From an uncultured bacterium (GTDB lineage Bacteria; Babelota; Babeliae; Babelales; JABCYS01), in the NCBI GenBank assembly GCA_963705705.1, contig CAVPKK010000005.1, positions 192,001 to 256,000 of the forward strand: 64,000 nucleotides of DNA. Direction: 5' to 3'. This document shows positions 49,004 through 59,528 of this stretch, one piece after another (the stretch's first letter is position 1; each line of letters starts with the position of its first letter). The translations under genes and the position numbers were made by a program. A model generated the notes under the pieces. It did not search any database. It was not told the DNA's origin and saw only the letters and a list, made by a program, of their open reading frames with translations.

Positions 49004-49128
49004 CCAAGACTCAGGGTCCGTTCGCTTTACCCCACGTTCACCCTACTAGGGAACCCGAACTTGGGGGCCCCGGAATTTCCCTATAACCCCTCCCTTTTCC
49101 TCAGAGGGAGTCACTCCCTCTGACACCC
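49004..49128. repeat. GC-rich multi-hairpin intergenic element ending in a family B hairpin-ACCC
   Basis: Imperfect ccaag..gggt/accc..cttgg stem, gggggcccc, and tcagagggagtcactccctctga-caccc. Confidence 0.6.
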
Positions 49129-49248
49129 ATTATTATGGTTATTTAAATCAATTTTGATCAAAATAATATAGCTCTGAACACAAATCCTTGCATTTCGGTT
49201 TGCGAGTATGCCAAAATAGGGTATGAGAATAATAAAAAGGGGAGAGAT

Positions 49249-49467
49249 ATGCTTACAAGATGGTTCCATAACCTGAGCCCATTGGCACAAGGCAATATAA
49301 TATTATTAATCGGTGCACTTTTACTGCTGAATGCATTTCATTTGGTGATTGGGCTTAATATTATAATTATTCTAGCAGCGATGTGTTTGATCTGGATTGG
49401 TTTTGTTCAAGCAGGCTACTTGCAGTGGATTAAAAATCATATCCATACTATTCGAAGCAAAAAGTAA
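49249..49467 (+). CDS. Small membrane protein
   Basis: GGGAG RBS and two hydrophobic segments. Confidence 0.7.
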   Translation: MLTRWFHNLSPLAQGNIILLIGALLLLNAFHLVIGLNIIIILAAMCLIWIGFVQAGYLQWIKNHIHTIRSKK

Positions 49468-49480
49468 GCCTTTTAAATAA

Positions 49481-50344
49481 TTATTCATCAAATGAACGTT
49501 CGGGTTCGGAGTAGAAGTTATATAGGTAATAGCCGCTAATTCCTACACCCACAACTATTGCTGGAATGGCCCAGGATTTATTCTTTGGCCACCAGCTTTT
49601 TTTATGCGCGCCGAATTCAGATGAATCTGTACTAGCACGATTAGAAGAATTTGAAGCTTTAGCAGGATTACCAGGAACTGTATCGGTGGGATCGCTAAGA
49701 GCAGCATCAGCAAGCCGCGAATTAGCCACATCGTTGTATTTTTCTTCTGCGTTGAGATGGATCACGGGCGCTGAAATTGGTGAAGGTTCTGGAGGCCATT
49801 CCTGCACCTGTTCTTTATTCTGCTTTTTTTCTTTGTGTTTGGATTTAGTGCGTACTGGTTTATTAACCGCTGGCGTCGATTTTTTCAATTCCCGATCCAC
49901 GGCGATGGCTTTGAAGAGCAATCGTTGCTCAATTAGAAGCTGATTTTGTAATAGCGCAAAATCCGGTTCAAAATGATTAGCAAGTACAGAGCCACGAAGT
50001 TCTGGTGGTTTGCCCGCAAGTTGCCTTTCTAGCGTTTCAAGACCCCACTCAGATGGTTTGTAATCTTTATATTTATTTTTGATTTCGGTTATTCGCCTGC
50101 GTAGATTGTCGATTAATGCAAATCGTTCTGGATATTGAGTGCGATAGGCAACGAGCCGGTTGCAAAAATATTCACCCTGAAGCTGAGCCATAGCATCCCT
50201 AATTTTTTGACGATGCTCGCTTGGTATATCATCTAATACATGTGCTGGGGAGGATGCAGCTGCTTTTGCTGGCGCCGATGTAGCTGTGAGATTTGATTGG
50301 TTAATGATGGAAATAAAAAACAGGATATAAAAATATTGTTTCAT
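49481..50344 (-). CDS. Hypothetical protein with signal peptide and C-terminal TM anchor
   Basis: MKQYFYILFFISII start, low-complexity linker, WAIPAIVVGVGISGYYLY anchor. Confidence 0.7.
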   Translation of the reverse strand: MKQYFYILFFISIINQSNLTATSAPAKAAASSPAHVLDDIPSEHRQKIRDAMAQLQGEYFCNRLVAYRTQYPERFALIDNLRRRITEIKNKYKDYKPSEWGLETLERQLAGKPPELRGSVLANHFEPDFALLQNQLLIEQRLLFKAIAVDRELKKSTPAVNKPVRTKSKHKEKKQNKEQVQEWPPEPSPISAPVIHLNAEEKYNDVANSRLADAALSDPTDTVPGNPAKASNSSNRASTDSSEFGAHKKSWWPKNKSWAIPAIVVGVGISGYYLYNFYSEPERSFDE

Positions 50345-50361
50345 ACAGCTCAACTAAATTG

Positions 50362-50384
50362 CGCGCTTATTCAGGATGAGCGCG
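50362..50384 (-). repeat. Internally deleted family A element, reverse orientation
   Basis: Reverse complement reads cgcgctcatcctga-ataagcgcg. Confidence 0.75.
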
Positions 50385-50469
50385 ATCTTTTTTCTCACTG
50401 TCAGTTTACAACACACATATAATGCGCGATCAAACCAGTAAGGTATTCGAAATATTATTTTAATGAAGC

Positions 50470-53400
50470 TTACGAGCCGCCCATTTTGATAATCACGGCC
50501 GGAGATACAATCTCAATGCCGCGATCTTTGAGTGCTTTGGCCAATGCAAAACGAATATCAGAGGCGATATCATGCTGGTGCGGCACATTGTCGACGCTCA
50601 GGTATGGGCGGATTAAGAAATTGTATCCTTCTTCACCGAAGTCTTCTAATCGAACGACTGGGCGTGGGTTTTTAAGTACATTAATATGCGCGTCCAAAAC
50701 GCGTTGAATAATCGTACGTACTTCTGCAGGATCTGCCGTATAAGATACCCCTACATAAATATCCGGCGTAGCAATAAAGCTCCGGCTATAGCTCCAATTC
50801 GTAATATTACCCGCCACGATCTTAGAGTTGGGTACAATCACCGTCACTGAATTTTTTACGCGTACAATGGTTGAGCGTGGTGTTATTTTACGAACGGTGC
50901 CATTCAGCTTATCATCCAAGCTCACATAGTCGCCAATCTTAAATGGTCGTTGCACGAGCAAAATGAAATATGAGATAAAGTCATTCAGGTATTCGCGTGC
51001 TGAGATAAACAAACCGAAAGCAAGCGAACCAAGCAAGACCAATACCGCGTAACCGAGCCCAAAGCGCACAAAGCCGGTCATAATTACTGATATCACAATA
51101 AGATAATAGGTGAAAGTAGAAACTGCATGTTGCACGCCAGGATCGACAATGAGCAAATCAAACATGTAGCGCAAAACAAATTGATTCGCGGCAGATGCAA
51201 CTACGAAGCTTCCTACGATGAAGGCAAGCAACTGTAGAATAGAAAGTGGTGTTACATCATGCTGCTCGGTGGTTGTTGAATAATAGGAGCCGAGTTTGGT
51301 ATTAAGTAGATCATACAGATCATTCAATGTAAGTGGGTACTGCCAAATTTTTGCGCCAATCAAAATCGCGAGAAATAGCACGAAAACAAAACTTACAATG
51401 GCAAATACACCATACAGAGATTGCGCGTACGGGAATCGCTCCTGTGGCGCTTCACCTTCATATGAAGTAAAGAAAACATAGGAAGCTAAACGACGAGAAA
51501 ACTCATTCAGTAAAAATATGCCGCGTACCAGTAGGATCGTGCCAATCGTGCCCCAAAGGAAGTAGGAAACATATTTGCCAAATCCAATATGTGGTTCGCT
51601 CAATATGATAATAGCAACGAGGAATGCAAAGACAGTATTAAAATGTTCTTTAACCTGCGTTGAAAGCCATGTAGTAATCGGCCCCTTCTGCGGAATAAGT
51701 TCAAGAATATCTTCTTTGCGAATGAGCGAAATAAGCACCAACCGCGCAATGATTGAATACAGTGCGAGCAAAATAATTGATAGTTCCGACTTAGTGTAAG
51801 CCAGCATAATTGCTTCGCGCAGGAAGAAGATGATGCAGGTTGCATATAATAAAACGCGTACAACCCAAAAAAGGCGTTCGACCGTTTGGCTGCTTACAAA
51901 GAGCTCATCATGTGTTGCATTATAAGCAATAAAATGGCTCATAAAGCGAGAGCTCAACCACAATGAAATGCCAACGGAAACAAAGTAAAACAAAATACGC
52001 GGGAATGAATCTGGTATTACATCGAAACGAAGTAGCCCATAGAAGAACGCCCAAGCGAAAATCAAATTAAAATGCAGGCGTATAAAAAAGAAAATACATG
52101 CCAAGGCGCGGCCCGATAAGAAGAGCCCAGTTCCCACGCTGCGCGTAACCGATTCAAGGCCACGATCGAGTAATGGAATCAATCCTCTCAGAAATACATA
52201 GAGCGCAAAAAGGGCGAGCAATTTAAGGAACAGCCAGAAAAAACCAATAAAACCTAGCGACGAAGCTTTATGTGCAATAGAAGAAGGAAGCTGTTTAATG
52301 TAGGCAACTCCTAATTCCCACACCTCATTTTTGAGATTATTCAGATCAGAAAAAACGTGCGTTACGCCTTGCCATGAGATTGCGTGCGGTGCTCGAAAAC
52401 CTGTTCCGTTGAGCTCATTGAGAATTATTTGGACATGATGTTTTTGATTATTGCGCAACTGGATAATGGTGGAATAGGTATCAATGATAGTTCTATTGAG
52501 TGATGTTTGCGCCTCAATATATCGCTCGGCAATGCGTAATCTGTTTAACGCCTCGAGATAATCGTGCTCGTGCCCTTTGAATAAGTTGCGATGCTCACTA
52601 ATTTTATCCAAACGGCGCTTAATACTATCGAGCGATCTTTTTTGTAAATTTACATAGCTGCTGACTAAACTGCTTTTTTCTTTAAGCGTCGCAATTTCGC
52701 GTTCCGCTGCGCGCAGAGGTTCTTGGTATTTATATATCTCCTCTTCAACCTCAGCCTCTGATCTAAAACGATGCATGGTCAACTTGTGCCATGATTCAAC
52801 CATATCAACAGCAGTTTGCTCACGATCAAATTTTGCATCAGCAAGTTGGATTTGGGCATTGACGTGTTCAATCATCTTATCAAGCCGAACGATTTGTTCC
52901 TTGAGATTGACCAATGCAGACAGGGCAAGTAATCCCTCGCGTGTCACGGGTTCAAGAGGCATCTCGTCCAAATCGCGTATATCGCTGATAGTTACACCAA
53001 GCTCGTGGGCGTATTTTTCAAATTGGGCTTTGCGCTGTTCTTTTTCTGCCTCTAATGTTTTCCGCTCACTATACAGTTGATCTTTTTGCTCGAGATGCGC
53101 GCGCCGCTTCTTTTCCAAATCAGCACGCTGGACTTCCACATCAGCCGCGGCCACGCGAAGGCCTTCTTTGATACTGACGCGTTGGTCTTCGAGCACCTTG
53201 CGTTTGGCGCGTTGGACAAGCAGTTTAGTATCAAGCAGACCAATTTTGCGTTTGTTTTCAAGAATTTGCTGTTTTATAAGTTCAACTTTTTGGGTGAGCA
53301 ATCGCACATGAAGTTCAAGCGATTCAGCTTGTTGGCTTGAGGTCATACCAGCCATTGGTCCAAAGAGGGTTCCCCCTTCTCTATTGGACAAAAATTCCTT

Positions 53401-54036
53401 GAATTCGCGATCACGGACTTTAAGGTCACGTTCTAACTGCTCTTGCTGGTGTTGCTGGTTTTCCAAATCGGCTAGGATATTGTTTCGTTGTTCTTCAACG
53501 TGGACGATCGACTCTTGCTCATCGGCAAGTTTCTGGCTTATTTGTTGAAGATTATCGAATGAGTAAAAGGATCTTGCGTCAATGGAGAGGGAAGTAAAGG
53601 TAGGATCCTTGAGATACTCTTCGAGCAACTTAATTTGCTGCTCAAGAGTAAGCGCAACCTGCTTGCGGGCAAGTTGCATATCAATGAGCGTTTGTTGCAA
53701 CTCATTGAGTAAGGCTAATTTACGTTGTAAAAACTCATCCGTATGCTCACGTAACCGATCTTTAATTAATGCGATTTGTTGATGTGTTTTTTCAAGCTGT
53801 GCTTTAAGTAGATCATCAATTTTTGCTCGCGCTTGGTCGAGCTCACTTTTTTCAGCTTTTAAACGTTCAAGATAATTTTCCTGATCTTCGCCAAAGCTTA
53901 CATAAAGGCTGCGGCCTTGGTCGACCTGTGATTTAAACCAACCAAGTGGATCCAATACGCCGCCGGCCTGTAGGGATACAGATAGAAATGGGATGACGAG
54001 TAGCAATTTTCGTATGAGCATCATGTCCACCACCAT
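50470..54036 (-). CDS. Large MscS-family (MscK-like) mechanosensitive channel with a long periplasmic coiled coil
   Basis: RPFKIGDYV, GTVRKI..RST, IVPNS.I....ITNWS, VGVSY..D; many TMs. Confidence 0.92.
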   Translation of the reverse strand: MVVDMMLIRKLLLVIPFLSVSLQAGGVLDPLGWFKSQVDQGRSLYVSFGEDQENYLERLKAEKSELDQARAKIDDLLKAQLEKTHQQIALIKDRLREHTDEFLQRKLALLNELQQTLIDMQLARKQVALTLEQQIKLLEEYLKDPTFTSLSIDARSFYSFDNLQQISQKLADEQESIVHVEEQRNNILADLENQQHQQEQLERDLKVRDREFKEFLSNREGGTLFGPMAGMTSSQQAESLELHVRLLTQKVELIKQQILENKRKIGLLDTKLLVQRAKRKVLEDQRVSIKEGLRVAAADVEVQRADLEKKRRAHLEQKDQLYSERKTLEAEKEQRKAQFEKYAHELGVTISDIRDLDEMPLEPVTREGLLALSALVNLKEQIVRLDKMIEHVNAQIQLADAKFDREQTAVDMVESWHKLTMHRFRSEAEVEEEIYKYQEPLRAAEREIATLKEKSSLVSSYVNLQKRSLDSIKRRLDKISEHRNLFKGHEHDYLEALNRLRIAERYIEAQTSLNRTIIDTYSTIIQLRNNQKHHVQIILNELNGTGFRAPHAISWQGVTHVFSDLNNLKNEVWELGVAYIKQLPSSIAHKASSLGFIGFFWLFLKLLALFALYVFLRGLIPLLDRGLESVTRSVGTGLFLSGRALACIFFFIRLHFNLIFAWAFFYGLLRFDVIPDSFPRILFYFVSVGISLWLSSRFMSHFIAYNATHDELFVSSQTVERLFWVVRVLLYATCIIFFLREAIMLAYTKSELSIILLALYSIIARLVLISLIRKEDILELIPQKGPITTWLSTQVKEHFNTVFAFLVAIIILSEPHIGFGKYVSYFLWGTIGTILLVRGIFLLNEFSRRLASYVFFTSYEGEAPQERFPYAQSLYGVFAIVSFVFVLFLAILIGAKIWQYPLTLNDLYDLLNTKLGSYYSTTTEQHDVTPLSILQLLAFIVGSFVVASAANQFVLRYMFDLLIVDPGVQHAVSTFTYYLIVISVIMTGFVRFGLGYAVLVLLGSLAFGLFISAREYLNDFISYFILLVQRPFKIGDYVSLDDKLNGTVRKITPRSTIVRVKNSVTVIVPNSKIVAGNITNWSYSRSFIATPDIYVGVSYTADPAEVRTIIQRVLDAHINVLKNPRPVVRLEDFGEEGYNFLIRPYLSVDNVPHQHDIASDIRFALAKALKDRGIEIVSPAVIIKMGGS

Positions 54037-54123
54037 TATGAGGGTTCTTGTAGCGCTACAAAATACACCATTTCGGCCGAAAATACGAACGCCGACTGAC
54101 GAAATACTATGAGAAAGATGGGA

Positions 54124-55851
54124 TTAACCTGGTCCGGTCTTCTCTTCTTGACTGTTATGTCTCAGGCGGAGCTGTGAAGTGGCCTCTGGATTATCTGGCA
54201 AGGCCAAAATTCGCTCACACAATGCAGGTGGTGGCGCGTGCTGGAGTGTTATATAAGCTCTAACAATAGGTGCCAAGACCGGTGGTAAATGCATATTAAG
54301 CTCAGCTTCAACGCCGGGCATAATTTGGTGTTCGTGAACAAATTGTCTGAGTCGAATAATAAAATTCTCAAGTGGGTTTTCCCCTGGTAATTCAGCAAAA
54401 TCTTCTACCCGTTCAAGCATGGATCTTCTCATATGATGTACTATAGACGTATCTCGAGCATCAATTGAATATAAGATGCCCAGCTTTTCGCCACAGGTAT
54501 GCCATTCAACGAACTTCTGTGCCTGCTCATGGATATCCGTTTGAGGTTCCCAATGAAGCGAATAGTGCGCGAACTCTCTGGCGATAGCGGCAAATAAATC
54601 AGCCGATCCATAACGCATAACCTCGAACAGTAATTTTGTTATTGAAAACAAATGGATTTTACTTTGCTCGGAATGAAACTGCCCATTTTTTGGGATTATG
54701 GCTATGTAAGCTTGTGTTAATTTTTGAGCGATAGCCAAATAGTTCTCGCGTTTTGGTTCATCTATGCCTAAAGCTACAAATAATGGATAGGCATGATCTG
54801 CAGTCTTAAGATCTGAGCACAGTGTGAGTTTGAATAAAGCTGTTCTAATGATCTGGGCAACTAATTCAGGTTCATGTTTAGCAACAAGGGATTTTACTAG
54901 CTGTTCAACGATATTGGAATTGCCGGCCAGTATTGCACATGAAAGAGCATCGAACTTTCTGAAGAATTTTGTAACTAGTGGATCATTCCATTTAAATATT
55001 TTGATCAACGATAGATCACCTTCAGGCATAAATTTTGATCCTGAGTCAAACGTCTCTCTGAGAAGACGCGCAGAGAAGTTGATGAGGTTGATTTGATGGG
55101 TATCATCAACCATCCAAGGTGCTATATCTGAAGTCGCCGTTATATCAGCTTGTTTGCCGAGTAATAGCTCAACTAAATTCTCGTTGCGTTGAGCAGACGC
55201 TCTCATCAATGGCGTAAGCCCATGAATCTGATAGTCCACGCGGCTCTGCATTTCCTCATGCGAATATTTCTTTCCCGAACCAGATGTAACAGTCATTTGC
55301 TCTGTAGCATCATTGAGGTCCGACCATGTACGATGCCGTGATTCATTAAGCTCATTAATATTTTCAAAAACCTGGATTACTGTATTTAGTACATCCTGCT
55401 GGCTCTGAAAGATAGAAAATAGTCTTCGTTTATCCCGCGCATTGATGCATTGAGGATATTTTTCAAAAAACTTTGCAATTTCTTCAATAGGAGCTTGCGC
55501 ATCAATTGTATCGAATAACCGGCGCACTATTTTATTATGAGTCCATCCAATCACTATGTCCTGCGCATCTGTCGATTCTTCTGATACGGTATGGACGATG
55601 AATATTCCTGCGTTTCGGGTTACTATCTTGCTTATAATTTTCTTGAGATCTTCCCATTGCTCTGGCGAAGCTGCTATATCTTCAGACTCTGGTTCTTTGA
55701 ACTCGCGCTCTTTCCGTTCCATATTCTGCTGAGCCGGTACGCTTTCAGTTGCCTGAGATGATGCGGTATTATTGACATTGCTAGGCACTTCAGACGATGC
55801 CAAGGCAAGCAAAGGGGAAAGTAATAAGGTAATCGCTAATTGCTTAATCAT
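54124..55851 (-). CDS. Secreted ankyrin-like paralog A1
   Basis: MIKQL signal; GLTPLMRASAQRNENLVELLL; CGEKLGIL; HLPPVLAPIVRAY. Confidence 0.85.
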   Translation of the reverse strand: MIKQLAITLLLSPLLALASSEVPSNVNNTASSQATESVPAQQNMERKEREFKEPESEDIAASPEQWEDLKKIISKIVTRNAGIFIVHTVSEESTDAQDIVIGWTHNKIVRRLFDTIDAQAPIEEIAKFFEKYPQCINARDKRRLFSIFQSQQDVLNTVIQVFENINELNESRHRTWSDLNDATEQMTVTSGSGKKYSHEEMQSRVDYQIHGLTPLMRASAQRNENLVELLLGKQADITATSDIAPWMVDDTHQINLINFSARLLRETFDSGSKFMPEGDLSLIKIFKWNDPLVTKFFRKFDALSCAILAGNSNIVEQLVKSLVAKHEPELVAQIIRTALFKLTLCSDLKTADHAYPLFVALGIDEPKRENYLAIAQKLTQAYIAIIPKNGQFHSEQSKIHLFSITKLLFEVMRYGSADLFAAIAREFAHYSLHWEPQTDIHEQAQKFVEWHTCGEKLGILYSIDARDTSIVHHMRRSMLERVEDFAELPGENPLENFIIRLRQFVHEHQIMPGVEAELNMHLPPVLAPIVRAYITLQHAPPPALCERILALPDNPEATSQLRLRHNSQEEKTGPG

Positions 55852-55877
55852 GTTGATCTCCGGTTGCTTGGTTAATC

Positions 55878-57590
55878 TTATTGCTTCTTGTCGTTTTTCT
55901 CGCGGTGAAGTTCAAGCTGCGCAACAGCTTCAGGACTTTCTTGCCAGCTCAAGATGTGGTCACATATTGATGGATGAGGTGCATGATGGAGAGTAATATA
56001 ATCTCTGACGATAGATGACAGGTCCCGAGGAAAATATGTATTAATCTCATCCAGAACTATCGGCATTATCTGATGTTCACGAACAAACTGTTGTAGGCGT
56101 GCAAGAAAGGCGCTATTTTTGGGCGCAGCTGCAAGCAGGCTCCTTCTTATTATGGACAGCAGAGACTGCTTTTCGGCATCTATTGTGAATAAGATACCAA
56201 GTTTTTCTCCGCAGAGATGTCCATCAACAAACTTGCCTGGTGTTTCAGCTTCATCTGCCATGACGTCCGGGTGAAGATCACAATGCGCAAGTTCTTGGGC
56301 AATTACTTCAAACATCTCAGGTGAACCATGGGTCATGACCTTAACGAATAAATTTAATATCTCTTTGTGCGCTTTAATTTCATATAAGTTTTGCAACACA
56401 ATGTCATTCCTGCATTTTGGCATAGCCTCTATGAAGGCTCTTGTTAATTTTCGAGCAATCGGCAAGTAATTTTCACGTTTCGGCTCAACTATCTCTAATG
56501 AAGCCAATAAACCACGGGCACAATCTGCGGTCGCAGGATCGGAGAAAGCCGTAAGTTTTAGAAGCGCATTTTTAATGATCTCAACAACTTTTTTACCTTC
56601 GTGATCAGCGATAAGCTGTTTTAACAAGCGATCAACAATATTCGAATGGCCAGCGAGCGCTGCCAATGTAAGCGCATCATGACGCTCAAAGAAGAGAGCT
56701 GAAATGTTCGCAACAGTATTCGAAACTCCTCCTTCATGCTCCTCTTCAATGCGATATCCATTAACAGTATCCCTCAAATAACGAGCAAATAGATCTTTGA
56801 GCTTAATACGAACTTCAGAGGGAGCGCCATTAAATTTGAATGCTTCATCTTTGGCCATCCAAGGAACCAAATTAGTTGTCGTCCAGAAGTTGGTTTCATT
56901 GCCAAGCAAAAATTCTAGTAATTCTTCATTCCCTTGCGCCGATACTTTCATTAAAGCTGTAACACCATGCAATGCATAGTTTAAACGTGACCCGACTTCT
57001 TTTCGTGTGTATTTGCGCGTGCCTAAGGTGACAGTCTTTTGCGACGCTAAATTAATTGCATCATGGTTTAGGGGATTAAATTCGGGATTTTGATTGAATT
57101 GTGCCTTGGTCAATTCTAGATCTTGCTTTAGTGCGCTTACCACTTCCTGTTGCGTTTGAAAAATTGAATATAATGCGCGGTGATCGCGCGCATCAATTCC
57201 TTTTGGAAGTCTTTTAAAGAGTTTGATGATCTCTGCGTTAGGTGCTTGAGCATCAATTGCTTGAAAAATATGACGTGTAATTTTGTTGTTAGGCCATCGG
57301 TTTACTAATCCTTCTAACAATTCAGCTATTGTTGCTTCAATCTCAGCTTGTGAGGCGAGATCGTCAGGGGCGAATAGAGCCGCCACTTCGCGTGCAATGT
57401 TCTTCAGTTCTTCCAATTCTTGAGGAGAAGCTTGGACATCATCAGGCTCAGTTTCTTTGGATTCATGCTCTTTCGGTTCAACACTTTGTGGAACCGGGCT
57501 GCTGGAATGCGTATTTTCCCCTGGTACTTGTGACGTTGCAAAGGCAAGAAAGGGGCTGATGGATAGGATAATTGTCAGTTGCTTAATCAT
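55878..57590 (-). CDS. Secreted ankyrin-like paralog A2
   Basis: Start at MIKQL after GGAG; GVTALMKVS, DALTLAALAGH, CGEKLGIL. Confidence 0.85.
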   Translation of the reverse strand: MIKQLTIILSISPFLAFATSQVPGENTHSSSPVPQSVEPKEHESKETEPDDVQASPQELEELKNIAREVAALFAPDDLASQAEIEATIAELLEGLVNRWPNNKITRHIFQAIDAQAPNAEIIKLFKRLPKGIDARDHRALYSIFQTQQEVVSALKQDLELTKAQFNQNPEFNPLNHDAINLASQKTVTLGTRKYTRKEVGSRLNYALHGVTALMKVSAQGNEELLEFLLGNETNFWTTTNLVPWMAKDEAFKFNGAPSEVRIKLKDLFARYLRDTVNGYRIEEEHEGGVSNTVANISALFFERHDALTLAALAGHSNIVDRLLKQLIADHEGKKVVEIIKNALLKLTAFSDPATADCARGLLASLEIVEPKRENYLPIARKLTRAFIEAMPKCRNDIVLQNLYEIKAHKEILNLFVKVMTHGSPEMFEVIAQELAHCDLHPDVMADEAETPGKFVDGHLCGEKLGILFTIDAEKQSLLSIIRRSLLAAAPKNSAFLARLQQFVREHQIMPIVLDEINTYFPRDLSSIVRDYITLHHAPHPSICDHILSWQESPEAVAQLELHREKNDKKQ

Positions 57591-57615
57591 GTTGTGCTCC
57601 ATTTGAATGTTTAGT

Positions 57616-59505
57616 TTATTGTTGTTTCTTCTCATCTTTGCTGCGCCGTGAAATGGCCTCAGCGTTTGAATCGGGATTCTGCACAACTCGAACCGGCAAC
57701 CGCATAGGGCAGCAGGCTGGCCGTTCCATCTCAGTTCTCCAGGCCAAGATGTGGTTACATCGTTCGGGCCTTGGCGCGCGGCTCAATGTAAGGTATTCGC
57801 TAACGATAGGAACTAAGACCGGCGGCAGGTATTTATTAAGTTCTTCTGTTACCTGCGGCATTATCTGATGTTCACGAACAAATTGTTGCAACCGGGCAAC
57901 GAACTCATTGTTTCCAGGCTCGTATGCAAGATCATTAGCTCGTTTAAGCATGAGATGTGCCATAGCATGTACCACTGACCCTTCCTTAGCATTAATGGAT
58001 TCCAGGATACCGAGTTTTTCGCCGCAAATATGATGATCTACAAAATTTCGTGCTCGATCTGGAGCAGGTATTAGAATAGGCTTATAAGGTGGAAAATGCG
58101 CGAGCTCTTGTGCGATAACTTCAAACATTTCCGGCGATCCAAAACTCATGGCATCTAAGAATAACTCTACAATATGGGATGGAATTAATTGATCATACTG
58201 TGAGGTAATATCTATATAAGCTCTTATTAATTTTTGAGCTATAACCAAGTAGTTTTCGCGTTTTGGGTCAACTATGCCTAATGATGCAAATAACTCTCGG
58301 GCGCATTCTGCTGTGGCCGAATCTGAAAGTTTTATTATTTTTTGTAAAGCTTTCCTAATTATTTTGCCAACTTCTTCAGGGTTTGATCCAGATTTATTAA
58401 CAAGGTGATTTTTCAATCGCTCAACGACATCAGGATTGCCAGCAAGAGTTGCAATTGAAAGTGCATCGAAATTAACAAAGAATTCAAAAAGCGGCTTGAG
58501 CATCAAGGCCTTAGCCAAGGGTATCTCTTCCGGTAGTTCATTTACAGGAGTTACAAGAACTACGGTTGGCGAAAAATCTCGAGTCATATTTCTCAAGAAA
58601 CTTCTGAGGTTGATATGAGCATTATCATCGACCATCCAACCGTTTATACCGGTAATGTCAAAAATGTCTGCTTGCTTGCTTAATAGAAATTCTAATAATG
58701 TCTCATTGCCTTGTGCAGATGCTCTCATCAATGGGGTGATACCCTGCATCGACCCGATAATACCATCGTACATTTTTCCAAATGGTCTAAACAATGGTGT
58801 AGAGCCATGCAGAGACCGTATAATACCATCATGCATTTTTGCAAATGGATTGCCTTCTTCAGATGCTCTCATACACAATGTAATACCATGCACAGACCAT
58901 ATAATACGATTGTGCATTTTCCCACGTGAGACTAATGCTTTGAAGGCTGGCGCTATAACCTCCCTAAAATAACTCTCCATCACCGGATCATTAAAAAATC
59001 GTGTCCTATAAGCATTTACAAAGATGAGCGCACCCATTATTTCTTGCTCATTTTTAAAAATGGAAAATATTTTGCGATGATCGCGTGCATTAAGGCAGTA
59101 AGGAAACTGCTCAACCAGCTTGGTGATCTCTTCAATTGCGGCTTGTGTATCAATTGCTTCAAATAATCGACGTGTAACTTTATTATGAGTCCATCTTGTT
59201 ACAAAATCTTTAGCTTCTGAAATTCTTTCTTCTTTAGTTCTTTGGGGCATTGGAGTAGTTTTTGCTATTAGGTGTATAAAATTTTTGAGATCTTCCCATT
59301 GCTCTGGGGTTGCTGCTATATCTTCAAACTCTCGTTCTTTGGACTCGCGTTCTTTCCTCTCAACATTTTGCTGAATCCGGATCGGCGTGTTTACAGTAGC
59401 CTGAGATACTGAGGGCTTATTAGTACTGCTGCTAGGTATTTCGGAGGATGACCAGGCAAGCAAGGGACTGAATATTAGAGTGAGAGTTAGCTGTTTATTA
59501 ATCAT
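57616..59505 (-). CDS. Secreted ankyrin-like paralog A3 with an internal triplication
   Basis: MINKQL signal; GITPLMRASAQGNETLLEFLL; CGEKLGIL; YLPPVLVPIVSEYL. Confidence 0.85.
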   Translation of the reverse strand: MINKQLTLTLIFSPLLAWSSSEIPSSSTNKPSVSQATVNTPIRIQQNVERKERESKEREFEDIAATPEQWEDLKNFIHLIAKTTPMPQRTKEERISEAKDFVTRWTHNKVTRRLFEAIDTQAAIEEITKLVEQFPYCLNARDHRKIFSIFKNEQEIMGALIFVNAYRTRFFNDPVMESYFREVIAPAFKALVSRGKMHNRIIWSVHGITLCMRASEEGNPFAKMHDGIIRSLHGSTPLFRPFGKMYDGIIGSMQGITPLMRASAQGNETLLEFLLSKQADIFDITGINGWMVDDNAHINLRSFLRNMTRDFSPTVVLVTPVNELPEEIPLAKALMLKPLFEFFVNFDALSIATLAGNPDVVERLKNHLVNKSGSNPEEVGKIIRKALQKIIKLSDSATAECARELFASLGIVDPKRENYLVIAQKLIRAYIDITSQYDQLIPSHIVELFLDAMSFGSPEMFEVIAQELAHFPPYKPILIPAPDRARNFVDHHICGEKLGILESINAKEGSVVHAMAHLMLKRANDLAYEPGNNEFVARLQQFVREHQIMPQVTEELNKYLPPVLVPIVSEYLTLSRAPRPERCNHILAWRTEMERPACCPMRLPVRVVQNPDSNAEAISRRSKDEKKQQ

Positions 59506-59528
59506 AATGTTCTCCAATTTTGTTTGGA

